A stretch of 64,000 nucleotides of DNA, taken from the sequence record KJ019086.1; one strand, given 5' to 3'. The first letter of the stretch is position 1, and each line of letters begins with the position of its first letter. The notes under the pieces were generated by a model. It saw only the letters and a program-made list of their open reading frames with translations. It did not search any database and was not told the DNA's origin. A program made the position numbers and the translations under genes. Below, piece after piece: positions 29,572-37,844 of this stretch.

Positions 29572-30325
29572 GGGTTATGTTGTTATTGCACTTGGCGATA
29601 AGTATGTTCAACTCGCCAAGAACTTTGAAGATACACTAAGACAAAACGGTGACAATCGTCCTGTTCATGTTGTCACTGAAGACATGATTGATAAGGATAA
29701 TGATAAGTATAGGGACTGTGATGTTCCCAACGAAAGGTATAACTGCTACCCCAAACTTCACTTCAATGAGTATGCGATATTTGATCATAGTATCCTAATC
29801 GATGCCGATGTTCTGTGCGTAGGTGATACCCAACACGTTTGGGATATGTGTAAAGAACAGGAACAGTTTATTCTTCACCGTGGGTGGGGACAAGTTACTA
29901 AATGGAATAGAGAACTACAGAAGAAAGTGTGGGACGTTCATGGGTTCGTACCTCCTCGCATTCACGGAGCTTTCTGTTATCTAAGGAAGGCAGATATCAA
30001 TGAAGACTTCTTTGAATTTATCCAAAATAATGTGTGGTTTCAGTATACTGAATGGTGTACGGAAGATGTCAAAGCAAGACATCACAGGTTAAGTAGATCA
30101 GACCAGGTGATATATGCTATTGGTTATGGTAAGTTTGATCTCATGCCCTGTCAGTTAATGGAAGTCCCTATTATGACTCATATATTGACAGCGGCACACG
30201 TTAATCCTCCATACGATAGAATCACTTTTAAGGATCAAATTGGACCCGATTTACAACATCCAGTGGCATTTGCCCATATCGAACAACTATTTCAGGAGAG
30301 CACCCCAGAAAGTTTTCTAAGGTGA
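29564..30325 (+). CDS. GT-A fold (GT8-like) glycosyltransferase
   Basis: YPKL...ILIDADVL (DxD), SDQ motif; stop codon lies in element 2. Confidence 0.65.
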   Translation: MTEGYVVIALGDKYVQLAKNFEDTLRQNGDNRPVHVVTEDMIDKDNDKYRDCDVPNERYNCYPKLHFNEYAIFDHSILIDADVLCVGDTQHVWDMCKEQEQFILHRGWGQVTKWNRELQKKVWDVHGFVPPRIHGAFCYLRKADINEDFFEFIQNNVWFQYTEWCTEDVKARHHRLSRSDQVIYAIGYGKFDLMPCQLMEVPIMTHILTAAHVNPPYDRITFKDQIGPDLQHPVAFAHIEQLFQESTPESFLR

Positions 30326-30379
30326 CAGTCCACAAACTGGCACACAGGGCTTGGCAACCCTCCAAAAAGGTGCTATACT
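30321..30379 (+). promoter_or_regulatory. Element 2
   Basis: GGTGACA-N10-TGGCACA; TTGGCA-N17-TATACT. Confidence 0.85.
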
Positions 30380-30405
30380 ATCCAAGTAACCAAAGGAAAT
30401 GATTT

Positions 30406-30627
30406 ATGAAACCAGCAGAAATTCTCTACGAAATGCAATCCATTCGTAAAGTCTGGCATAATAATAATTTCGTCATCAGTCCCGAACTAAACCGTCGCTA
30501 TTGTGAACTTCTTAAACTCCGCCGTGAACGAGTTTCTCAATTCTATAAAGAGGGAAGGGTCGCTACAGGATCACAGACCCCCGACCTCAAAGCCCGAGAG
30601 GCAGCCAGACAAGCCGAGGTTGGTTGA
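30406..30627 (+). CDS. Hypothetical protein
   Basis: First ORF after element 2; LLKLRRERV motif. Confidence 0.65.
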   Translation: MKPAEILYEMQSIRKVWHNNNFVISPELNRRYCELLKLRRERVSQFYKEGRVATGSQTPDLKAREAARQAEVG

Positions 30628-30631
30628 GCCT

Positions 30632-30871
30632 ATGCAGGAACTTCTAGATACTTTCTATACAACTCCCTATGGTGATTTTGCCATTAGAAAGACTCGTTTC
30701 GGTGTTCATACCTCATATGATCGAGAGGGAACCGATTTGGTGACAGGTTTAGAGTGGATTGACGTATTCACCACCACACCTTGTCACCTACAATGGGAGA
30801 AGGAGGGTTACAAACCCCCCGAAGGTACAGTTCAAGCAACCTATGATAGTGTAGTCTCTGGAAAACTCTAA
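30632..30871 (+). CDS. Hypothetical protein
   Basis: Start moved to ATG 30632 to avoid overlap; ends YDSVVSGKL. Confidence 0.6.
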   Translation: MQELLDTFYTTPYGDFAIRKTRFGVHTSYDREGTDLVTGLEWIDVFTTTPCHLQWEKEGYKPPEGTVQATYDSVVSGKL

Positions 30872-31218
30872 TGGAAGACCGAAAATCACAACTATACAGC
30901 ATCATGTATGATGCTATCAGTGAACTAACTGAGCACGAGAGTGCTGAGGATATCTTTGACAATATTGTAGAGTATTTTGCTCTACGTGTTGAAGAAGCCC
31001 GTACTGAGGTTGATACTTACACGGATATGTTAAACGTATTCCGTAAAGACAACCCAGTGAGAGACGTTCCTAGTGCAGATCCATACAAGAGAACTGAATG
31101 GGAACACGCATTTGGTGATATGGATGACATCAATCAAACATACATGCCATCAAACCAACACATCTGGAACGAGTTTCTTAAGAATATCAAATTCACGGAC
31201 AATCAAGATACTAAATAA
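30871..31218 (+). CDS. Hypothetical protein
   Basis: Coupled 115-aa ORF. Confidence 0.6.
   Translation: MEDRKSQLYSIMYDAISELTEHESAEDIFDNIVEYFALRVEEARTEVDTYTDMLNVFRKDNPVRDVPSADPYKRTEWEHAFGDMDDINQTYMPSNQHIWNEFLKNIKFTDNQDTK
31211..31217 (+). promoter_or_regulatory. Possible late promoter before CP12-like gene
   Basis: CTAAATA followed by AGGAG RBS; similar CTAAATA at 31863 and 34154. Confidence 0.5.
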
Positions 31219-31238
31219 ACACTATCAGGAGAAAAGAG

Positions 31239-31436
31239 ATGACTACTGACCCAAACGATAAGTACGCTAAGTTCAAAGTACCATTTGGCACTAATGAACA
31301 TCACGAAGATGATGAATGGGATCCTACAACTGAGGGTAAAATCTCTGATTGGCACAACCGACATCAAGATAAACTCTTAGATGAGTTTTGTGACACTCAC
31401 CCAGGCGCACCCCAATGTAAGGTGTTTGACGATTAG
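31239..31436 (+). CDS. CP12-like protein (Calvin-cycle inhibitor family C-terminus)
   Basis: C-terminal LLDEFCDTHPGAPQCKVFDD matches the CP12 FC-x3-P-x4-C-x-V[YF]DD motif; N-terminus divergent. Confidence 0.6.
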   Translation: MTTDPNDKYAKFKVPFGTNEHHEDDEWDPTTEGKISDWHNRHQDKLLDEFCDTHPGAPQCKVFDD

Positions 31437-31484
31437 CAAAGTGGCACAAGACCACTTGACAGTACCACATTATTAGGTTACAGT
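31425..31484 (+). promoter_or_regulatory. Element 3 (degenerate left arm)
   Basis: TTTGACG-N10-TGGCACA; TTGACA-N17-TACAGT. Confidence 0.65.
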
Positions 31485-31488
31485 ACAT

Positions 31489-31677
31489 TTGTTCAAGAGG
31501 TTTCTCATGACTACCGTTGTTGACTCAGAGGTTATCTTTGCTGACGCTTTCAGTGAAGATGGTATAGACTACGGAACTGGTTATTATGTAACTAAGTTCT
31601 ATAGCAATGGTATGACCGACCTATTTGGACCATACAATTTTGAGGAAGACGCCCTCAATCTTGCCACTGTTTATTGA
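31489..31677 (+). CDS. Hypothetical protein
   Basis: ORF after element 3; exact start uncertain. Confidence 0.45.
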   Translation: MFKRFLMTTVVDSEVIFADAFSEDGIDYGTGYYVTKFYSNGMTDLFGPYNFEEDALNLATVY

Positions 31678-31894
31678 TTCCTTCCTTTTTATTATGACTT
31701 TTGACACCTACGAAGACGAAAGTATCTTCACTATTCTCGGTATTGCCGAAGAAGGCGAAGAAGAAACAGAAAACCCCTATTCCACTGAGGATACTAAAAC
31801 ACTAAAAGAATATGGCTATTGATTTCTCGTTCATTCTAGGTTTAGTTTTCATTTGGTTGGGACTAAATATCCGTATAGTGAGAGAGGTGGAATA

Positions 31895-32182
31895 GTGGAT
31901 TTCAGGGTAACAGTAAGAACACACACCGGGGCAGTTAGAGTTGTCGAGGTGAGCAACATGCCGAACGAGGAGGCAGCCAGAGCGGAAGCTGTTGGTATGA
32001 CTTTCGGTAGGGTTCTGCAGGTTGAGTGTTTAGATGAGATCCCAGAACAATCCAAACCTAAAAAGAAAAGAGGACCAGTTCAAGAGATTGAACGAGAACT
32101 TAGACCAGGTGAAACCGAAACAATTGTAACAGGTTACAATAGCAACCCGTTAGCAGTGTTCTTCACTTTAGATGTTTTTTAG
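31895..32182 (+). CDS. Hypothetical protein
   Basis: GTG start after GAGG RBS and CTAAATA at 31863. Confidence 0.55.
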   Translation: MDFRVTVRTHTGAVRVVEVSNMPNEEAARAEAVGMTFGRVLQVECLDEIPEQSKPKKKRGPVQEIERELRPGETETIVTGYNSNPLAVFFTLDVF

Positions 32183-32214
32183 GGGTTGACACACCCCTTT
32201 TTTTGTGCTATACT
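32181..32214 (+). promoter_or_regulatory. Element 4 (hairpin-promoter only, palindrome absent)
   Basis: AGGGGT-TGACAC-ACCCCT-T-run containing TTGACA; N17; TATACT. Confidence 0.75.
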
Positions 32215-32235
32215 TATACCAATCGCAGGAGATCA

Positions 32236-32502
32236 ATGGAAGAAAACATGTCGATTTCGACAGAACTTCTAACCAGCATAAACGACGCCATGTATGTTGC
32301 CACTAACAACGCAGCTACTTACATGCACGGTGATAGAGGTGCTGACGCTATGTGTCTCCTAAACGAGTGGACTACAGAGGATGGTGAATGTTTACTCACA
32401 CAATATGCAAAGGGTGAAGTATGTGAGCACATGGGAACTTTCATGTTTATCAACCTAGAAGAAGAAACATGGGGTGAGTTTATTATATCCGATGATGAGT
32501 AA
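32236..32502 (+). CDS. Hypothetical acidic protein
   Basis: ATG after AGGAG. Confidence 0.6.
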   Translation: MEENMSISTELLTSINDAMYVATNNAATYMHGDRGADAMCLLNEWTTEDGECLLTQYAKGEVCEHMGTFMFINLEEETWGEFIISDDE

Positions 32503-32749
32503 ACTATATACTACAGACAATTATTCAGGTACAATGAACCTAACTGAACATCAAAAGATTCAACTCTCACAATTTATTCATGAGTCGTTCTCTACATTCT
32601 ATGAGGAGGAACTAAAGTTTCAAGTAGAAACTCTAAAAGATGATGATAAGTTGGATTGGACTTATACAATCACACCAAGAGACTCAGGGGAGATTTATGA
32701 TAAGGTTCAGGAATTATTCACACTGGAAAGGCGTGTGACAGTAGAATAA
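32492..32749 (+). CDS. Hypothetical protein
   Basis: Stop lies in element 5. Confidence 0.55.
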   Translation: MMSKLYTTDNYSGTMNLTEHQKIQLSQFIHESFSTFYEEELKFQVETLKDDDKLDWTYTITPRDSGEIYDKVQELFTLERRVTVE

Positions 32750-32793
32750 GTGACACAAGGGGGGTTGGCAAACCCCCTTTTTGCTGCCATAAT
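32734..32793 (+). promoter_or_regulatory. Element 5
   Basis: TGTGACA-N10-TGACACA; TTGGCA hairpin + T-run; N17; CATAAT. Confidence 0.85.
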
Positions 32794-32815
32794 ATACTCA
32801 TACACACAAAGACCC

Positions 32816-32944
32816 ATGAACGTCCCCAACTGGCAGAAGCACTCCAAGAAAGACCAGAAGGGTCGCGGAGTGAGCAAGGGTCAGATGAGAGCCCGCAAAC
32901 AGGCTCTACGTGCCCTGAAGGCAAAGCTCCTTGTGACAGTCTAG
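32816..32944 (+). CDS. Small basic protein (42 aa)
   Basis: MNVPNWQKHSKKDQKGRGVSKGQMRARKQALRALKAKLLVTV; start moved out of the element. Confidence 0.65.
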   Translation: MNVPNWQKHSKKDQKGRGVSKGQMRARKQALRALKAKLLVTV

Positions 32945-32991
32945 GAAGTGGCACAAGCCCCCTAGGCAAGACCCCCAAACCCTGCTATACT
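32932..32991 (+). promoter_or_regulatory. Element 6
   Basis: TGTGACA-N10-TGGCACA; TAGGCA-N17-TATACT. Confidence 0.85.
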
Positions 32992-33014
32992 AAACACATA
33001 CAAAGGAAACCACC

Positions 33015-33425
33015 ATGGCTCGTCACTCTGAAGTTCTCATCCAAGGCACCGAGGTTCCCGGTCTTCGCATGATCGTAACCGTTCCAGTCGATCACACCTG
33101 GGCATCAGAAACCGCCGAGAGCATCTATGGATTTGGTGGCAACACCCAATATATCTGGCGGAAGTCTTGGGAGACTAACCAACCCGCCCCCCGTGGTGGT
33201 GGTTCCTCCTCCTCCTCCTCTGGCATGGGTCCTGGAGCTATCCTGATGGGGATGATTGGTCTTATCCTGGTTGCTGGTATTGGTTCCGCCTTCGAGGGTA
33301 ACGACACCCCCTCAGCTCCTTCCTATGACGCTCCCGCACCTGTTGAGAGGTCATACGTTCCACAGGCACCCGCAGCCTCCTATGACAATGGCCCTTGTCT
33401 CACCGCTAACTTCGAACCTTGTTAA
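33015..33425 (+). CDS. Hypothetical membrane protein
   Basis: Central TM segment, Ser/Gly and Pro/Ala linkers. Confidence 0.65.
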   Translation: MARHSEVLIQGTEVPGLRMIVTVPVDHTWASETAESIYGFGGNTQYIWRKSWETNQPAPRGGGSSSSSSGMGPGAILMGMIGLILVAGIGSAFEGNDTPSAPSYDAPAPVERSYVPQAPAASYDNGPCLTANFEPC

Positions 33426-33426
33426 T

Positions 33427-33600
33427 ATGAATGACTTTCGCCCCCCGCATCACACCACTACTAAAGAAGAGTGGGAGTTTATTTTCCAAACACAGATACA
33501 TAACTGCGCCCAACTAAAGAACACAGAACTCCAACGTTTTGTGTGTGTAGATAGTATGGGCAACAAAACTACCAAATATGTTATAGAATACAATGACTGA
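33427..33600 (+). CDS. Hypothetical protein
   Basis: ATG 33427, 57 aa. Confidence 0.5.
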   Translation: MNDFRPPHHTTTKEEWEFIFQTQIHNCAQLKNTELQRFVCVDSMGNKTTKYVIEYND

Positions 33601-33883
33601 AAAAGAAGTAGAGCTACACTTTGGGAGTGAGTATGAGGCTGGCATTGACTATGGGGATAGTGATGATTCAGACATTTTAGACTACACCAAAGAAGTAAGT
33701 GTCACACTAACCCGTTCAGATTGGAATTGGTTTGTTACACTGATGTCAGACTCCGTTAATAAGATGGAGGCTGCAGTTTCTGCACAAGGTATGGATGCTG
33801 AGTCCTTCCTTTCTATTGATGTTCTTCGCACTATTCGTAATGAAATCGCAACTCAGAGTGGGCTCACTCAATACATTGATTGA
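33593..33883 (+). CDS. Hypothetical acidic protein
   Basis: Overlapping-start 96-aa ORF. Confidence 0.6.
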   Translation: MTEKEVELHFGSEYEAGIDYGDSDDSDILDYTKEVSVTLTRSDWNWFVTLMSDSVNKMEAAVSAQGMDAESFLSIDVLRTIRNEIATQSGLTQYID

Positions 33884-33884
33884 G

Positions 33885-34157
33885 ATGCCAGTAGTGGCAC
33901 CTAAAGGTTATCACTATGAGGCAGTAGAACACAAACAAAACGTAGTGGCTATTTGGTTATGTGGAGGTCCAACATACCTCTACAAGATGGGAGAAACTGC
34001 TAGAACTATTCACTCCTTCTATAATATTAAGAAGAAAACCTGGTATGCACCTATCAACTGCAAGAAGCCAGGTAAGGAGGTATCAGTGGATAAGATACGA
34101 CCTTACACATCAATGCAACTGAACTACAACCCTCTGGAGATGCTACTATATGGCTAA
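33885..34157 (+). CDS. Hypothetical protein
   Basis: Start moved to ATG 33885; APKGYHYE...YAPIN-KKPGK...PYTSMQLN. Confidence 0.65.
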   Translation: MPVVAPKGYHYEAVEHKQNVVAIWLCGGPTYLYKMGETARTIHSFYNIKKKTWYAPINCKKPGKEVSVDKIRPYTSMQLNYNPLEMLLYG

Positions 34158-34192
34158 ATATATGTTATAATATCATAACATATATCACGAAT

Positions 34193-34414
34193 ATGAAGTC
34201 CAAAGACCAATACAAGAAAGAGTTTCAATTCACACTGAATACATCCGATGATAAGATCGCGGAAGAGAATATTCTTCACGATTTCGCCAGAGAGGTTTCA
34301 GTTATTGATGCTTTCCTACAGGGTGGGAAGGTATCACTAAAGGAGGCAAAACAGCGTATCAAAGATGTATACAAAGTGTGGAAGAACTCACTGAAAAACA
34401 ACAACCAAATGTAA
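34193..34414 (+). CDS. Hypothetical protein
   Basis: 73 aa; upstream CTAAATA and TGTTATAAT. Confidence 0.6.
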   Translation: MKSKDQYKKEFQFTLNTSDDKIAEENILHDFAREVSVIDAFLQGGKVSLKEAKQRIKDVYKVWKNSLKNNNQM

Positions 34415-34801
34415 ATGGAACCTTTCCTGCGAATGGCTGTTGATGTAGCTGAGTCTTCACCTTCTAGAAAGAAGGTTGGAGCTGTTCTAATGAATAAGAA
34501 CAAAGTTATAGCAACAGCCACAAATCATGATTGTAAATCACACCCTCTACAAGCAAAGTGGGCAGACCGTGTGGGACTATCTGAAAAGATATATCTACAC
34601 GCTGAGATGTCAGCAATGATCAAAGCCCGTGATGACTCAGACAAAATCGTTGTAGTTAGACTAGGAGGACATTCTGGTCACGAACTACGACAATCACGTC
34701 CTTGTCCTATATGTGAATCATACCTGAAATATTCGGGTATTGAACACGTATATTATTCCACTGGGAATAACAAATTTACCTATGAATACTGGGGGAAATG
34801 A
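34415..34801 (+). CDS. Cytidine/dCMP deaminase-family zinc protein
   Basis: HAE and PCPIC (HxE...PCxxC) motifs, KVGAVL N-terminal strand. Confidence 0.85.
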   Translation: MEPFLRMAVDVAESSPSRKKVGAVLMNKNKVIATATNHDCKSHPLQAKWADRVGLSEKIYLHAEMSAMIKARDDSDKIVVVRLGGHSGHELRQSRPCPICESYLKYSGIEHVYYSTGNNKFTYEYWGK

Positions 34802-34998
34802 TGGAAACGTTCACAGCAACTTGTCCCAAAGACTACGACAGACATCACTATTCAGTTGTCAACAAAGACGGCACGAATAGGATGTTTAGTAGTTGGGAAC
34901 TCGCACAGAGTTACTGGTGGCATACTAACAAACTTGGTACACTATCACACATCGATGTGATAGACTATAAAGAACAATCAAGAGGTTTTGGAGCATGA
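34798..34998 (+). CDS. Hypothetical protein
   Basis: Coupled ORF; DYDRHHY motif. Confidence 0.6.
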   Translation: MMETFTATCPKDYDRHHYSVVNKDGTNRMFSSWELAQSYWWHTNKLGTLSHIDVIDYKEQSRGFGA

Positions 34999-35213
34999 AC
35001 ATGTTGGGTAAACAATCAGAGACTGGGATGAAAGTAACCTTTCTTGGTTATATCCCAGAACAAGTGAAGTTCGCAGGATCTGACACACCAGACAAACTGA
35101 ATACCACTACAACATATACCATTGAACAGGTAAAACGATTCAACTCGTATACCAAGATCAAACTAGTTGGTGATGATCTGTGGTATAATTCAGTTCACTT
35201 TAGAGTTACTTAA
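34995..35213 (+). CDS. Hypothetical protein
   Basis: Coupled ORF. Confidence 0.55.
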   Translation: MNMLGKQSETGMKVTFLGYIPEQVKFAGSDTPDKLNTTTTYTIEQVKRFNSYTKIKLVGDDLWYNSVHFRVT

Positions 35214-35413
35214 TGGATAACATCTATGGGCGTGAGTATCACAGACATGCTGTTGATTATGCTCTGATGATAGGTGAGTTAGAAGGAACTTACACTCACC
35301 TGAAACGAATGTCTTACTTTGAGGATGCTGCTATCCTTGAAGAAATGAAGAAACGTTACTACAAGATCTACTTCCGTACCTTACGTGAAGAAAGAGAAAA
35401 AGCAGAAAACTAA
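35213..35413 (+). CDS. Hypothetical protein
   Basis: Coupled ORF. Confidence 0.55.
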   Translation: MDNIYGREYHRHAVDYALMIGELEGTYTHLKRMSYFEDAAILEEMKKRYYKIYFRTLREEREKAEN

Positions 35414-35431
35414 CCTAATTGAGGATTTTGA

Positions 35432-35740
35432 ATGGTGTTAACTTGGACCGACGAAGAGAAAGTAAACCTAACCCGTGCAGAGGTTAGTATTCATGGGGAG
35501 AATATCACTCCAGATAAACTAGACAACAAAACTCTACCAACAGATATTCATGTCATTGAATATGAGATGGAAGGTGTAACTTACTACGACGCGGTTCGTG
35601 CCTACAAAATGGTTAGCATCTTTGATGTATATCACGATAAGCTAAAAGGTGGTGGTAAAGTTGTTAGAATCACCAACGGGTATGGTAGCATTAGACCTAA
35701 CCTGTGGAACAACAATAAGAGTGAGAAAGGTGATGAGTGA
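35432..35740 (+). CDS. Hypothetical protein
   Basis: GAGG RBS; YDAVRAYKMVSIFD-YHD...GYG-IRPNLW. Confidence 0.65.
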   Translation: MVLTWTDEEKVNLTRAEVSIHGENITPDKLDNKTLPTDIHVIEYEMEGVTYYDAVRAYKMVSIFDVYHDKLKGGGKVVRITNGYGSIRPNLWNNNKSEKGDE

Positions 35741-35912
35741 GAGGAAGGCAGAGGACTGGATTAGTGAGTGGAAAGGAATGAATGATGAGTTCATTGAAGA
35801 AGACACTATGTTTAGAGTTCAGATTCCCTCTGCTGAAAAGACACAAGAATGGATGGATAGAGAACCATTAATCTTAAAAGTAGATCACTCGAAGTATTAT
35901 TTTGATGACTGA
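35733..35912 (+). CDS. Hypothetical protein
   Basis: ATG 35733 overlapping upstream stop region. Confidence 0.5.
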   Translation: MSERKAEDWISEWKGMNDEFIEEDTMFRVQIPSAEKTQEWMDREPLILKVDHSKYYFDD

Positions 35913-36108
35913 AGAAGATCCAATGATCAACTGGAAACAGAAGATGATGAAACATTGCACCCACGATTGGGAAAAGCAACTATTACGTGAAGGTGCCACA
36001 TCATCTGTGACAGCAATGGGTATAATGTCACTAAAGAAACGATACAAAAGGATTATGGGTATTGATGATGATCCAAAGCCACCTGTAGTTCAGTACGCCT
36101 CCTATTGA
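35902..36108 (+). CDS. Hypothetical protein
   Basis: 68-aa ORF. Confidence 0.55.
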   Translation: MMTEEDPMINWKQKMMKHCTHDWEKQLLREGATSSVTAMGIMSLKKRYKRIMGIDDDPKPPVVQYASY

Positions 36109-36114
36109 TACTTT

Positions 36115-36519
36115 ATGAATAAGAACAAGCACAATGAGATTGTAGGATCTACAGTAGAAAGATCAGACGAGAGGATCAAAGACACTGGGGAGGTATTCAC
36201 TCCCCTAGAACTGTGTCGTGAGATGGTTAGTGAGATCCCCCTATCTACCCTGCAAGATCCTAACTCCACCTTTTTGGATAATTCTGCTGGCTGTGGCAAC
36301 TTCCTCATCGCCCTCAGGGACCGGCTATTGGAATATCATGAGTTATCACATATCGTAGACAATATGATCTACTGTGTGGAACTTATGGAGGACAACCATA
36401 GGGAAATATGTAAGACAATGGGTGTATCTACCGATCATCCACACTATGTGAGGGCAAATGCACTGGAATACGATTATAGCTTCGGCAACCCCGTTGGGTT
36501 GGAGAGTTTCTTCGTGTGA
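36115..36519 (+). CDS. Short N6-adenine DNA methyltransferase-like protein (SAM-binding half only)
   Basis: GEVFTP (motif X) and FLDNSAGCGNFL (motif I); no NPPY motif IV or TRD. Confidence 0.75.
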   Translation: MNKNKHNEIVGSTVERSDERIKDTGEVFTPLELCREMVSEIPLSTLQDPNSTFLDNSAGCGNFLIALRDRLLEYHELSHIVDNMIYCVELMEDNHREICKTMGVSTDHPHYVRANALEYDYSFGNPVGLESFFV

Positions 36520-36574
36520 CAGTTGAATAAGTGACACAAGGGGGGTAGGCACCCCCCTTTTTTTGTGCCATAAT
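36515..36574 (+). promoter_or_regulatory. Element 7
   Basis: TGTGACA-N10-TGACACA; TAGGCA hairpin + T7; N17; CATAAT. Confidence 0.85.
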
Positions 36575-36599
36575 ACAACCAAACAAACCCCATCAAGAC

Positions 36600-37136
36600 A
36601 TGTTCAGTTCAATCTTTTCTGATAATACACTACAGGATTATATCAACCAAAATATTAAAGATCCTTGGGTAGGCACACCTTTTGAGGGTTATGTGTTTAT
36701 GTCACCTAAACAAAAGGGTGAGTTTGGTGAGCGGTTTGTATCTAAGTTTATGACACTAGCTGGATGTAATGTTAAGAGAGCAAAGACATCTACATCAGGT
36801 CATGATCGTCTGATTGATGGTATCCTGACTGAGATTAAGTTTGGTGTTGCTATCCGCGATAAAAAAGATGGTGTTTGTGTTGATGGATTCATCATTAATC
36901 ACGTCTCCGTTGGTAAAGACTGGGAGCGTCTTATTTTCTGTGGCATTAACCCTGATGAGGATGATGTTCGTTTTGTTTTTATCACTAAGGAGGACTTTGA
37001 ATCACACCTCAAGAGTGATGACTGTTTATTCAATGTTCAGCAAGGTGGAAAGAAAGTCGGCAATGATGACTATATTTGCACCAAAGTATCAGAACTGTTG
37101 CAGACCAATATCGTTCGTCCGATTGATCAGTGGTGA
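36600..37136 (+). CDS. PD-(D/E)xK restriction-endonuclease-like protein
   Basis: KGEFGE, GHD, TEIKF pattern of type II REase cores. Confidence 0.6.
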   Translation: MFSSIFSDNTLQDYINQNIKDPWVGTPFEGYVFMSPKQKGEFGERFVSKFMTLAGCNVKRAKTSTSGHDRLIDGILTEIKFGVAIRDKKDGVCVDGFIINHVSVGKDWERLIFCGINPDEDDVRFVFITKEDFESHLKSDDCLFNVQQGGKKVGNDDYICTKVSELLQTNIVRPIDQW

Positions 37137-37196
37137 TGTTACACCTAAACAACTGGCACAAGGGGGGTAGGCACCCCCCTTTTTTTGTGCCATAAT
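37137..37196 (+). promoter_or_regulatory. Element 8
   Basis: TGTTACA-N10-TGGCACA; TAGGCA hairpin + T7; N17; CATAAT. Confidence 0.85.
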
Positions 37197-37222
37197 ACAG
37201 AGGTAAACAACGGGAACCACCC

Positions 37223-37600
37223 ATGCAACTACCTACCCCCCTGCTAAACAGAGGTTACATTGTAGATGGCAATACTGCCAGTAGGGTATATCAGCACGGT
37301 TTTATAGTAGAGTTAGAGGCACTAACTACCCTAAACATGCCCATAGGTTTACTAAACTATATTATAAACGAAAACGATATAGAGTGCCCCTGGGCACCAT
37401 CAGATGTAGAGCAGTTTGATACTATCTGGCACTATACTGTTACAGATATTAGAGGTGAGATACTAGATAATACATATGGTTTTACAACCTATTATATGTT
37501 TGACTCTATTAGAGAGATACATAACGCACTAACAGATATTACAGTAGATAATGCGTTAGATATTATGAATGGCACATCTGAACTATATGCCACCTGCTAA
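37223..37600 (+). CDS. Hypothetical protein
   Basis: Between elements 8 and 9; stop in element 9. Confidence 0.6.
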   Translation: MQLPTPLLNRGYIVDGNTASRVYQHGFIVELEALTTLNMPIGLLNYIINENDIECPWAPSDVEQFDTIWHYTVTDIRGEILDNTYGFTTYYMFDSIREIHNALTDITVDNALDIMNGTSELYATC

Positions 37601-37645
37601 ACTGGCACAGGGGGGCTAGGCACAGCCCCCTACACCTGCTATACT
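37586..37645 (+). promoter_or_regulatory. Element 9
   Basis: TATGCCA-N10-TGGCACA; TAGGCA-N17-TATACT. Confidence 0.85.
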
Positions 37646-37667
37646 AAACACATACCAAACCAATACT

Positions 37668-37844
37668 ATGTTTGAATTGATGTTATTGGCGGGGGTGGCA
37701 TTCACACCTCTCCAAGGATCAGAAACTATCAACCAATTTTGTTCTGAAGTTGTTGGTATCCCATACGCCAGTGATAACTTCACTGACCAAGAATGGGAAC
37801 GTTTTACTTATTGTCGTGAATCTATCAAGGTACCTCAAAAATGA
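37668..37844 (+). CDS. Small secreted/membrane protein (58 aa, not in ORF track)
   Basis: MFELMLLAGVAFTPLQGSETINQFCSEVVGIPYASDNFTDQEWERFTYCRESIKVPQK. Confidence 0.6.
   Translation: MFELMLLAGVAFTPLQGSETINQFCSEVVGIPYASDNFTDQEWERFTYCRESIKVPQK

Noticed and set aside
16987-30325. DNA hypermodification role for the oxygenase/GT/methyltransferase genes
   Set aside because: The oxygenases look prolyl-hydroxylase-like rather than TET/JBP-like, the methyltransferases lack DNA-MTase motifs, and the context is virion structural genes; not excluded experimentally but unsupported here.
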